Part shown: positions 12,124 to 24,580 of the stretch, piece by piece | Numbering within the stretch: position 1 is the first letter of the stretch | Layout: every line of letters starts with the position of its first letter | Assembly: GCA_964106915.2 (NCBI GenBank) | Contig: OZ066919.1 | Source of the DNA: Podarcis gaigeae | Taxonomy: Eukaryota | DNA length: 64,000 nt | Reading direction: 5' to 3' (one strand) | Made by a program: the position numbers and the translations under genes | The notes under the pieces: generated by a model | Seen by the model: only the letters and a program-made list of their open reading frames with translations | Database searches by the model: none | Told to the model about the DNA's origin: nothing

Positions 12124-14286
12124 GGCAAATGTATAGCTTTTCAACAGTTGTTCTCAAAGAAGGTTATAATTAAAGAAAAATAAAGTATCAATACAATTAT
12201 AGCAATAATAAATAGAGTATTAACAGAGGCACAGAGTAGGATAGAAATCTTATATATAAATTACAATTATGCAAAAACCCAGGCAATTATGTTAATTTAC
12301 TTTTATGGCTAATACAAGAAGTGTAACCAGTGGGTTTTTTAAATCCATGGCAAAACAAATGGGCAAACATTCACACCATTATGAAGCTCATCCCACTATT
12401 AAAATGAATATTGTGTTTGTAAGTGATTATTGAAAAATAGTACTGCAGATCTTCCCCTCTGCATAATCAGGGACTAAATAAAGCTCCCTGCCCCACCCCC
12501 ATTGTTGCTCTGAAAGAACAACATGCAAGCATGTGTGAAAATGTATTTAGCTAACTTTGGTATCCCACATTCACTAGGTTTTTGGTGCTTTGTTAGCCAT
12601 AGCCTTTCATTTTCAATAGTATTTAAGCAAAGCGCAGACATTATGCTGGCTCTTTGCCCAAGACTGAACTTTTCATCTCCTTTCTACAGCCATTAGAAAC
12701 CAAGCAATGTTCCTCTCTTTCAGCTTGATTCTGTGTGACACTAAGACCCGCCCTTTCTGCCAACCTGATGGGCTTAGTGCATTTTTTTTTCATCCCAAGG
12801 GGTTTAGTTTCCATTTTTTATTTTTAATCAAAACCTTGAGCCCTTCTATAAATAAACAAACTTGCCTTCTCTGCATTTTAAACTTGTTCTTTTCACAAAA
12901 ATCTCTGTGCTGTGTGCAAAGACCTGGGGGGTTGCAAGTCACCAGGAGCAAGAAAAGGGATCGGAGAACAATTTCCCCGTTCCAAATGAAACATTCAGAC
13001 AGATGTAACATTTTCAGAAATCAGAGATTTCACTTCACTTCCTTTCCTCAAGTGAACCAGAAGGCAAAAGCAATACCTTGACTCAACAAAGAAACATCTC
13101 ACAGCAAATGCTGGCCAAGTTGTTTCTCCAATATCATCCTTGAGTTAAATTTCAAAATCTACAATATCTTTATTGGGACTTTAATCAATTCTCTGGAATT
13201 CTTAATCAGACAGGATGTTAATCCAAACAGAGAAAGTGAGGATAGAAAAATCTGGTTTGATGTTGACTATTCTCAGTTTAGTCATGGTCATAAGACAGAA
13301 TGTGCAGGCTAAAAGTGCAGGCTGTATGTGTCTACTGAGAAACATGCTTCATCAACACTTACCTGAGAGTAAGGCCCATAGGATTGCATCCAGCAAAGCC
13401 ATTCCACAAGTCAAACACCTTCTGTACTTACACCAGAACTTCCTCTTCTTCTTCTTCTGCATATCCCTCACACCACAAACCTTCCCTGATAGTTCCCACA
13501 AACCTCCAGACCAGATCTGTTGGGTGGGTGTGCTTGTGTACATGATTGTGGGGTTTACAATGAGTAGAGGTGGGATGCAAAGTTCTGTTGCACATGTGGA
13601 AATTGTTCAGTTCTCACAATAACTTGGTTTCAACCTACTGATAGCAATATAACTTGCTACCAAGCAGACATGTATAAGATTGTTTTGTGAATTGTACTGG
13701 ATTCTACTAGGTGTTACAATGATTTCAGATTGCCTATAGGACTGTTGTGGAAGAGAAAAGCATAATGGTTTAGCCCTTGTTTGGGGGGGGGAGCATAAGA
13801 CCCATTAGTTATAAAAGAATGGTATAATTGGTTTGATTGTCTAGGAGGAAATGAACACAACTCATCTTTGTTAACAGGAATTCAAATTAGAGTTAGGAAA
13901 ATCTTAGGCCACTCCTCTTCATCAACTCTCAATGTCCATGGTAGATAGTAATATGTATCAATGATTTCATGAGTGAAAAACAGTGAGGCTACTTAAGTTT
14001 GAATCAGCCAGTTTATGCAGGCTATCTATGTGCAGGCATAGATACTTGATGAGTTCATACCATTGAACTAAGAACATACTCCTGAGCACCAGTACGCCTG
14101 TAGCATTTCGTTTCTTAACCATAGGATTGCAAAATCTCTCCCCACCCTCTGCATTCTGGAGCACTAATTTGAACTCCTAGTCTAACGTCAGTTAAGCGTT
14201 ACTCCAGCAGTATCATTAGATATGGTTAGAGCTACCCAGGATTCCCATTTAACCCAGGTTCTGAAACCATGCTTTGAAAACTGTTT

Positions 14287-14358
14287 TGCCCAACCTGGGG
14301 CTTGAACCCACAACTCTGAGATGAAGAGTTCCATGCTCTACTGACTGAGCTATCCAGG
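14287..14358 (-). pseudogene. tRNA-Lys-like pseudogene or SINE head
   Basis: Minus strand reads cctggatagctcagtcagtagagcatggaactcttcatctcagagttgtgggttcaagccccaggttgggca. D-loop GG and TTCG are mutated; it matches the head of the SINE at 10174. Confidence 0.7.
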
Positions 14359-14465
14359 AGTGCTGTACCAGCCGACAAAAATGTATAGGACTGCAAGTGA
14401 ACTTTCTGGGAACTAGAGGAAGAGGGTGAAATTTCATCAAAGGAAGATTACTATTATTTCCATGA

Positions 14466-14602
14466 AGTGCTTTTCAAATGTGGGTCTCCAGCGAATGTTG
14501 GACTACAACTCCCATCATCCCTGACCACTGGTGCTGCTAGCCAAGGATGATGGGAATTTTAGTCCAACAACATACTTGGAGGTCCAAGTTTGAGAAACAC
14601 TG
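14466..14602. mobile_element. Palindromic hAT-type MITE
   Basis: Same inverted core as 33706; right end aagtttgagaaacactg. Confidence 0.75.
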
Positions 14603-15747
14603 GAAACAGATCAAGGAGATGTAAGCTTTTTAAAACGGTAATGAGCCAATTGGGAGTGGAGATTAGGGGGATATTTACTTGTTGACATAAAAGAAAAAAT
14701 CAATAATAGTGTACATGTTAGCATAAAATCTTTTCCACCCACACAGTGCATCGTTGGGATCTATCCCATGTCCCCCCTGACAGCATAAATCTTCCCCTGC
14801 TGCCCGCAGCATCAGTGATTAAATAAATAAAAAATCAGCTTCCTTATGAACAAGCAGTGCTCTGATCTCCTATTCATTTATTTGCAGGCCTCATTAATAT
14901 AACATCACTGCAACAAACAGCTAACGGGGGTTGTGCGGGAAGGAGTGTCAGGCTGAATAATGGAGTTGCTCTGCTGAGATAACAATTAGGTTTGGAATGT
15001 ACTATCAGCTAAGACAGAGACAAGGAGTGATCATGCCAGGCTGATGAACTAGCTCTGTGGATGTGCTGAGCCCCTGCTGGGCTCATCTACTGGGATGGAG
15101 CCAGCTACAAATATAACCATGCAACAAAAAGCGTATGTTATTCGTATAGCTTTGAAAGGCCACAACTTTGCTACTCTCCCCTCCCCTCTTTTGTCAGATA
15201 CGGTGCTATTATGTTCAAGATGGCTTTTATTACAGGACTTGATGGGCTCATTTTTCCCCACCTGTGATTAATTGATTTTATTTATCCTCTCTTTCCTCTC
15301 TTGCTTCCTGTTGCGAGACCTTGGAATATATTATAATATGCTCAAAACAAAATTCTAAAAATATCACACACACACACACACAACACCTGTTCTCATCCTT
15401 TTGCAGAGTATGGACTTGTGAATGTCAGTAGGATGGTGTCTGTGTTAATGTGGTACATGCAATGGCAGCTGTGTGTCAGTTATGTTTGTTTTGCTGAAGA
15501 GGTGCTGCTTGTTTATGTGGTCCTGGTACCCACATGTTGAATATTACCCCCTATTGTCTTTGCAGTCTAATTGTGCTGCAGAAATTGAGTTTCTGCTTAG
15601 TTGCTGTTTCTTGTATTGTATCAGTGCAACATCATGACCTGCAAGGCTGTACTGGCCCATTTACCCAGTGCTATCAAGTTGTTTGTTTTGCACAGCAGAC
15701 CACAGGATTGAGCTAAATTAATGATGATGGGAGGTAACTAAGAGGTA

Positions 15748-16087
15748 ACGGTAAAGGGACCCCTGGCCATTAGGTCCAGTCGTGACCGACTCTGGGGTTG
15801 CGGCGCTCATCTCGCTTTATTGGCCAAGGGAGCCTGCGTACAGCTTCTGGGTCATGTGGCCAGCATGACTCTGGTGAACCAGAGCTGCGCACAGAAACGC
15901 TGTTTACCTTCCCACTGGAGCGGTACCTATTTATCTACTTGCACTTGATGTGCTTTTGAACTGCTAGGTGGGCAGGAGCAGGGACCGAGCAATGGGAGGT
16001 CACCCCGTCACGGGGATTCGAACCGCCGACCTTCTGATCGGCAAGTCCTAGGCTCTGTGGTTTAACCCACAGCGCCACCCGCATCCC
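15748..16087 (-). mobile_element. Sauria SINE (subfamily A)
   Basis: tRNA-like head (A box tggcgctgtgg, B box ggttcgaatcc on the minus strand) and ACCTTT-type tail; 12-bp TSD aactaagaggta at 15736-15747 and 16088-16099. Confidence 0.9.
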
Positions 16088-19000
16088 AACTAAGAGGTAC
16101 AGGAGCATAATGGAGTCATGGGCAAAGGCTGCATATAGAAGGTTTCAGGTTCAATCCCTAGAATATCCAGCTAGAGCTGGGGGTGTCTCCTGTCTGAAAC
16201 CCTGAAGAGCTGCTGCCCATTAGAGTGGAGAATGGTCTGACTTATAACACATGTGTGCCTATGTAGTCTTGCTTTTCAGCTCTTCTTCTGCACCTGTCCT
16301 ATAGGAGAAATGTTTTTAAAAGAACTCCTGTTTCAGTTTCTGGGCAGGCAAATAAGGTTGTTCCTATTATCAGCGAAGCCTTGTGATGGGTAATTAATAT
16401 TTTGGAGCTTGGATGACAGGATTTGAGGAGAACCATTGGAGGACGTTTCCTAATATATGTTCGTCCCCATAGATACTGCTCCTGACTGACACCTTCATAA
16501 TGATAATATAATACTTTGCCTTGCGTGGCTTCTTTTATCCAGTGATTGTAAAGGGCTTTAAATATCAGAAGCAGCTGGAGCATTGTGACATGCTGGCAGA
16601 GTTGGGATTAGAACTCACAAGTAGCAAATTCCAGGAGTTGGAGGTTTGTCCTAGAAACACCCTCCTTCCTTTCCTCTTTGTTGCAACGATGAATGCAGTA
16701 AGGATTACTAAGCATCTTGTGTATTAACACACCAGCTAACTAGGGACTATGCATTAATAGAAAAGGGCTCTGCATATATATCCCTATCTGGATAGGGCAT
16801 TGTATATGCAGCAGGGTGTTATTCATGTGATTTCCCAGCTCAATCTAGTATTCATAGCTACTGCACACAATCTTTTTTTCTTTTTCTTTTTTAAGCTAGG
16901 ATCCCAGTGATCTGCTACCTGGGGACTGGATTCAATTCTGTTCTCTCCCCCTTACCCACCAATCATCAGTACAGCTGCAGCTTTTTAAAAGGACTCTGTG
17001 TTTACATCTCTGACTGCTGCGCACATGCTTTGCTGGATCAGAGCTGAAAAGTGAAATATAGATGATAATTACAATGATCTGGCTGTAATTTGGTTGCTGA
17101 TGCTAATAACACCCCTCCCCTCACCCAAAGCAAGCATTTCTATGACATATTTAATTAACATCTTCTGACACCACTGATCTTGTGCCTTTAGCAGCCTGAC
17201 ACACAGAATTTTAGTTTTTTCCATCATTTATCTCTGTTCTAGGAAAAGCGTCGCCTGCTAAATTTCTGTGTGATAGGCTGCTGCTATACCAACTTCTGAT
17301 GTGTGGGAAGAATTCCAGGAGCCAGAGGGAGCCAGTAAAGGCTTCCTCCTCAGAGCCAGTTCCAGCTAGACGTTCCCTTCTCCACCCTCTCAGGCCTGTC
17401 CTGTTGGAAGGATTCCAGGAGGGAGAGGGAAAGAGGCAAAGGTTGTAAAGGGAAGACTATACTCTTCCTCTTCTGTTACGACTGCCAATCTGCGTAAGCC
17501 AGCTGTGAAAGGGGGGGCTTAGGTAGGCCTTCCACCATACTCCCCTTATGTTTGTTCTGAACCCCAAGGGAACAAAGCAAATACTTTTGTGGGGAGGCTA
17601 AGAGAATATCCCATTGTCATGCAGCTCCAAGATCGGTTGGTTTTCTCTGTCAAATCCCACTGATGCACACATGAATCCAAATGGATTAGCCACATGAAGG
17701 GACAGAAAGGTGCTTTAAGAAAATAAAAATGTAGTCTATGAAAGGTATGCCTACACAAATTTAGGTTTCTCCTCAAAAGCAGTGCAGCATTTTGGAGGGC
17801 AAGGGGCAAAGAAATGTTGGCAACATTTAATTCTTAAGGGCTCTTGACTCAAGTTGGGTTCTGATGGATTGGCTGGACAGAGCCACCTGTCAGATGGAAA
17901 TGTGCTGTTCTCGCCTTTTAGAAGTTGGTAGGTGCAACTGTCAGGGTGTTAACTACTGCAGGAGTTGCTCAATTTCCCAGAAAACCAGCTTGTATATTGG
18001 GACTTGGAAGGAGCTACAATGGTCTTTTTGCCTCTAGGGAATGGAAGCTGAGCAAACTGTCAGTTTTTGAAGAGAGAAGCTGTGAGTAGGCCATAACCAT
18101 GTCACAAAGATCACCTCGGAGCCTGCTGCTCTCCCACCCCATTTTACCAGTTGTCCTGTGGGAAGGATTTCAGAGAGAAAGAAGAGGCAAAGACCACCTC
18201 AGAGCCTGCTTCAATTGGACTTTCCCCTTCCCAAACCACAGAGCCATTCTACAACCATCTGCCCAGTGAGAAGGATCCTGATGAATTTTTATATGTCGAT
18301 CTTACTTATTGTGGCTTTTAGAGCTGTAGTTTGGTGTTCCTTGGAAGAATTTGTATCCTGAAAGGTAAAATATAAATAAATGAAATAAATTATTTAATAT
18401 TATAGGTAGAGGATTATAGTAAAAGGATAGCAACTGTGTGGCTGGTTTTATGTCAACATGGTAATGCCAAAAAAAACCTGAAGTTGGCCCCAACTCGTAT
18501 AATTTACCTTGAATCTACATACAAATAGGATCTAAAAGCTACTGTTTTTCTTTATAAAAAAATGCTTCTAGTTTGGATACCAGAGACATGGCAGCTGGCT
18601 GGACTTTGGCCTGGTCTTGTTATGTCTAGAGAGGTCTATATTACTGGACCCTTTAAGTATTTGCTGCCTTCTGTGATTATTACTGAATTTCCCCAGCTGT
18701 AATTAATTGAATGCATCTGTTCTAACCCCGCGGCTGCATTGTGACACAGTTCCTTCAAAACTGTTCAATTAGCGGCCACTAAAATCTAGGTCGAATGGGA
18801 AGTCTGGTTCGGGTATTTTCCAGGTCAAAACATTTGGAAAACAGAAAAGCCACACTGCGTTGTTTGACATTGTAGTAAGGTTTTGTTGACTCAAGTCAGA
18901 TAAGAAACGTTCCCAGTATCTAAATAAGTGTGTGTGTGTGTGTGTAAGCTTTGGATTTTTATGGGAGGGGCAAAGCACCTCAGTTTGTGATGCAAATGCT

Positions 19001-21109
19001 GCAGCAAATGCATTTTTAAAATAACATACGGATGTAAGGGAAATAACTGTCAAGAATCGTGAACCATAGTGTACGGGTGACTTGTAAACATTAGCAGCAG
19101 CAGGCCTTCAACGGTGCTTAGTATAATATAATGCAATTTGATTTTTGTATCGTGTCCTTTGTAGACACATGATGCTTTGCAAAGGAAAATGATACAAGAC
19201 ACACTGCAGAGTGCTTGTTACAGAAAGCGGGAGTGTAACAGACGCTACACAGTGAAGAGATTAAAGCTTTTAGTCCCAGGGCTGAATGCAGAGGAGAGGA
19301 TGGGAACTAAAGCAGAGGTAAGAGAAAGAAAGGAGTGTTTTTTAGAACACAATGCAGCCCTATACATAATGGTACCTACACAGTCAACTATATCTTAGGA
19401 TGTGCTTTGCATTAAAATAATATGATTTTAGACTTGCGGAATAAAGGAGCAGAAGTGAAGTGAGAAAAATTAAGAAACATAAGTGAGAGAGGAAAGAATT
19501 GGGTTTGGCTGTGATTTGATTGAGGGCAAGAAATGAGTGAGGAAGGCTTGCATTCAGAGAAGTCATTGGGAGTGTCTAGATCCCCTCAGAACACTCCTCA
19601 GTTATTCCCAGCACCAATCAGGTGGACAGCAAGAGGGAGAAAGCACATGGTGTGATAGGAACAGCTACTGAGTGTTACTATAGGAGCACCTCTCCACTGC
19701 TTCTAGAGCTAAGCAGTGGGAAGAGGTCCTGCATACCTCACAGAAGTTGGCCAAAGGCTGCATGTAGCCCATGGCACTCATATGTGAGCTAGAAGACCAA
19801 CTTGTAGTGGGAGTGGAGAGTGAGTACACAGTGGTACTCAGGTTATAATTTGAGCACAGGGCACTGAAGTTTAGGCAATGGTGTATTGGAGATGGTTGGT
19901 GGCTGTAGATCAGTGGTGGGCAGAAGGGAGATCAGGATCTACTGGTAAATCTCTGGGTGCTTTGCAGATCAGGGTTCCTGACTCCCAATTGCTTTATCAA
20001 CAGGAACAACAAATTGACTTTCCCCACCTAAATTAGGCGTCTGCAGGCATACTTTTGTGTGAAAGGCTGGGACCTCTGTTCGGTTCTTGAACCAAAAGCA
20101 ATTTCTTCAGCTCAGAATGTGCTTAGAGACAACCTGATGTTTAATTCTGACTATATATCCTTTACATCTGGCTCTGCTGGCTAGATCTTACGGTCCTAGT
20201 GAATCTGACATGGCTGTGGTTCGCCCACCCCTGTTGCAGAGGGTGCCTTTTCCTAGACTAGGAACTGAAGTGCTTGTGGCAGAGGTGTACTATAAATAGA
20301 CAGGTCATGAAGTAAACTCCCCCTTTTAGTATTTCAAAAAGACATTTAAGGAGGTGTGAATGCTTTGCTCCCTAATAAAATGTGGTATTTAACATTCAGT
20401 GCCTGTCCAAAGCGGAGCTTAATGAAGTTCTCCAAAGTAACTGTCAAGCCTTTTAAGGTTAGTAGCTTTTATAAAAGTCTATAAAAAGCCAGTCCTAAAC
20501 CTCCCAGCAGACATTTCTGCCACTAACAACCAGCTGTAGCCTCCCACCAGCTTTCTTGTGTTCTACCATAGTAGGTACGGAGGTTGCCTCCCACGCCTGT
20601 AGGTTGTCAGGGCATGATTCAGAAGTTGAGATGTAGATGCTGGGCTAGGAGTGATTACGGTAAACGACACAGCCTTCTTAGCCGGACAGAATTAGTGGGT
20701 TTGCAGTGTTTAGAGCGCATGTGAAAATTGCAAGAGGAAATGCAACAACAAAGGCTAAAAGGAATGATTGGATTGCTAGTGACACTTTCTAAGGATATGT
20801 TGTGAATATCTCACATTGGTATGAATTTACAGTAACTTTCACATCTGGCCTCCCACAGCTGTGCAAGAAACAGGTGGCAATTGGCACAGCTGTTGAATTA
20901 TTATATTTAAACTTATACTGGAGTTACGGTCCATTGGTGCGGGGTCATATTATATATTACATAGCCATATAAAGTACAACAGAGTAAAATAACACCTTAA
21001 TTCTTAAGTTTCTACCTTCACAGTTGCTGCATGAGATCATATGGAAAGCTCTTGCTTTCTCATTTCCTCCTTTCCTTTCCCCCTTTGTTATCTCCCCTGC
21101 TGTTAAAAT

Positions 21110-21357
21110 TTAGTGTGGTGTAGTGGTTAAGAGTGGTAGTCTCATAATCTGGGGAACCGGGTTCACGTCCCCACTCCTCCGCATGCAGCTGCTAAGTGAC
21201 CTTGGGCCAGTCACACTTCTCTGAAGTCTCTCAGCCCCATTCACCTCACAGAGTGTTTGTTGTGGAGGAGGAAGGGAAAGGAGAATGTTAGCCGCGTTGA
21301 GACTCCTGAAGGGGAGTGAAAGGCGGGATATCAAATCCAAACTCCTCTTCTTCTTCT
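21110..21357 (+). mobile_element. tRNA-derived CORE-like SINE (Squam3-like)
   Basis: A box tggtgtagtgg, B-box-like gggttcacgtcc, core gtgaccttgggccagtcac, L2-like 3' end and (TTC)n tail. Confidence 0.75.
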
Positions 21358-21587
21358 AATCTCCTTAGGGCAGAGATCCTACTACCCATTTTTATTTTTA
21401 TTTTGCCTATGCTGCTCTATACAGCACCATGCAGATAGATGGCATTAGAGAGACAGAGAGAAGTAATAATCTTATATTCACTGGGTCTTCTCTTCCTCAT
21501 ATCACATGTGTGTTTACTGTTTCTTGATTATACAGTTGTGCTGCAGTGGACAAATACATGATGGTCTGGAAGGAATAAAGATTCTCT

Positions 21588-21590
<3 letters not shown>

Positions 21591-21652
<62 letters not shown>
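21591..21652. repeat. Compound (CT)n(CA)n microsatellite
   Basis: Seen directly. Confidence 0.95.
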
Positions 21653-22770
21653 CACTTAACCAGACAGGAACACGAGTGCTGCAGATGTATCCTAAGATGA
21701 TACCAAATACTGTGCTGGAGGGGGTTAGCTATAGTCTGTTTTATGGTCCATTTGTAAAACAAATAAACACCGCACATGCATCCCAGTGAAACACGCTCAA
21801 CTTTTGGGGTGATTTTTCACACCCCTTTGCAAAAGGAAGCACAACTATTTGCAGAAAGTGCCTCAAAATCTGGCCTATTCCTAGTTCATAAGATGACAGC
21901 CACAAAATTTGCCAAGCAGTAGAGGCAATGGGAAATTATAGAAATTTCTGGGAATCTGTTCAGTTCTTCAGTTGTTGTTTTTTTTTAATACTACATGCTG
22001 AAAATGTGAGAATCTCAGTTTTCCCTTCTTAATAAAATAACTTTATCACCTCTACAAATGTGGGAGAAAATTCAAATGTGGAACTATATCGCAAGAATTA
22101 GAGGCACTATAAAAGTATAATATACTAGGAACTAGATGTCAATAAGGGGCTGTAAGATGTTAGTCTTTTGCTTTGTGAGTTAGCATCATATATTTGGAGT
22201 TTGGGAATGACATCTAAATTTTTATTGGTCTTATTATCTCTTATTGGGTGAATATGTTATTATCAGGGAATAATAGTTTAACATACATAGAATTTATTTT
22301 CCATTGATGAACTTACCGGAGATCTACTAACTTTTACAGAAATAAATTGGCCTAAATAATCAGTTTTAGGATCCTACTTTTGACCAATGCAATTCAGGAT
22401 TCTCCAAGATACAAGCAAAGTAGAAAGATTCAAACTGGTCTGTTGCGGGGAGGGGAATCTAATTCTACAATCAGGAAATACCTTTATAGGACCAACAAAA
22501 ATGTCGCATTAACTTTTCAGGGTTCTATACCCCCAAACCACTAGTTAATGCCACCTAATTTGACTTTCATGGACTTTGTATCTAGTACACAAGCTAAAAT
22601 TGTAAGATGAACATTTCCCCCTTTATTTACCTTCACAAGGAATCTGTGTGTTTTGCTTAGAACTGGAGACAAATTTGGATAACTGCTAGATTTTACATTT
22701 TCAAAATGGGGAATCAACCATTATTTGCTTCTTTGACCCAACAGCCCTTAGTAATGCCTGCCTGGATCCT

Positions 22771-23031
22771 TTGTTGTTGTTGTTGTTTAGTCGTTTAGTC
22801 GTGTCCGACTCTTCGTGACCCCATGGACCAGAGAACGCCAGGCACCTCTGTCCTCCACTGCCTCCCGCAGTTTGGTCAAACTCATGCTGGTAACCTCAAA
22901 AACACTATCCAACCATCTCGTCCTCTGCCGTCCCCTTCTCCTTGTGCCCTCCATCTTTCCCAACATCAGGGTCTTCTCCAGGGAGTCTTTTCTTCTCATG
23001 AGGTGGCCAAAGTACTGGAGCCTCAGCTTCA
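22771..23031 (-). mobile_element. 5'-truncated BovB (RTE clade) LINE
   Basis: Intact C-terminus KLRLQYFGHLMRRKDSLEKTLMLGKMEGTRRRGRQRTRWLD...LREAVEDRGAWRSLVHGVTKSRTRLND*, (CAA)n tail, and 11-bp TSD gcctggatcct at 22760-22770 and 23044-23054. Confidence 0.92.
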
Positions 23032-23444
23032 CAATGGATCCTAGCCTGGATCCTAGCAGCATATAATTCAATTAACAGAGCAAGCCTAGCTATAGAAAGC
23101 CAACGTTAAGCTGTTAGGTCATGTGAGGAAGCTGCCAAGGGGTTTCGAAGAGGTGTCTCTCCTTGCCCTATCCCACCCCCACCCCTTTCCTCTTTTGGGG
23201 GAACAACCCTGGCTCAGCCACCTGAACCCCTGCTGAGCTGGGTTGAGGGGCTTACACTAGTTGAGACCCAGTTGGAAGAGCCCAAGATCCACCAAATCCA
23301 AACTCTCTCAATCCCAAGGTTTAGATTGTGCAGTCAGTCTGCAGCGTCCTCTTACAAGCTGCCTTAAGGCTAAATGTAGGCTAGGCTTCATGCTTCAACA
23401 CCAAGCCAGCTCTCCTCCCCATTCCCTCTATTTTGCTTAATGTT

Positions 23445-23526
23445 AGCCCGATGAAGAGCTCTGGGGAACTTGAGTGTTTGCTCACCATTTTGTGGCATTT
23501 ACATTGGTCCTCATAAAAGTATAACT
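23445..23526 (+). mobile_element. Degenerate Penelope-like terminus with decayed hammerhead core
   Basis: ccgatga-a-gagctc-tggg-gaactt-gagt followed by ...cattggtcctcataaaagtata. A related minus-strand remnant lies at about 22477-22527. Confidence 0.5.
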
Positions 23527-24428
23527 CAGCTGTGTATTTAGACTTTTCACAGTCACAGGCCATTAAGTTGTTTCTGCTACTGCAATGTTCACTGAGTATA
23601 TTCAGATGGGCAGATTTCCTCATTACATATACCTGGAAACACTGCAGATGTCTTGAACAACTTACACTTCACTGAATATTCTGTTCCAGTTAATGCTTCA
23701 TTTCCAGGTATCTTTGCTTAGTAACTCATTAAATAGGCACTAATCTCCCTGCAGTGATCCTCCTTTACATTTGGACAAAAGCAGCTCTGTCCAAATCTTA
23801 AAAGGCAATTTCATGCATCTTTATAACAGTGATTTTGCACATATCTATACCAAACAGGGGGTGCATTCTTCTGGGTGGGGGTGACAGGAGGGAGAATTGT
23901 TTTTACCTGCATAATGATACAGTACCTAGTCCATAACCTTTTTCTTCCCCTCACTAAGCTTTCTGGTATACCACACCAAAGTTATTGTGGTGGGGAGATA
24001 ATTTTTGAATATTTAGCATCATTAAAAAAACAAAAACAGATTTCATAATCCTAAGAAGATGGTGGTTTGTGTACCACAAACTAACAACAGTATATTGACA
24101 AGGATAATTAATGACAAATTGATTTCCCCAGCCCCTGCTCTCTGGTTTCATACATTACTTTAGCCACCTTATGCTCCTAAATTGTATGCTCATTTTCTAG
24201 ATGGGTCACTGGGGTCTAGAAGTACTGTAGTGTGCTCGAAGTTGTTGAAACAATATTCACAATAGATGGTGGGGGGTTGATTTTGTTTTCTTTTTTAAAG
24301 CTAGGCTTTCTACACAAACACATGCAGCTCCAATCCCTTTTTGTGTGGCCATACAGCTTTTGGCTTTCTGTGAGATATACTGGTAGTTTGTTTTTATTGT
24401 TGACCCTGTGCTCTGCTTCCCTCACCAG

Positions 24429-24580
24429 ATCCTAACAGTGTCAGGCCCACCAGAGGGAGGAACACGAGTTACAATTCGTGGTGTTAACCTGGGCCTGGAT
24501 TTCTCTGAGATCGCCCACAACGTACAAGTGGCTGGTGTGGAATGTACACCATTGGAAGAGCAGTACATTATTGCTGAACA
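24429..24580 (+). CDS. PLXNA2: Plexin-A2 coding exon (IPT/TIG), 152 bp
   Basis: ctcaccag|ATC ... GAACA|gtgagt. Translates [50 protein letters not shown](Q). Phase 0 in, phase 2 out. Not in the ORF track. Confidence 0.95.

Noticed and set aside
14287-14358. Functional tRNA-Lys gene
   Set aside because: The invariant D-loop GG and T-loop residues are mutated and the stems are broken; it matches a SINE head elsewhere in the window.
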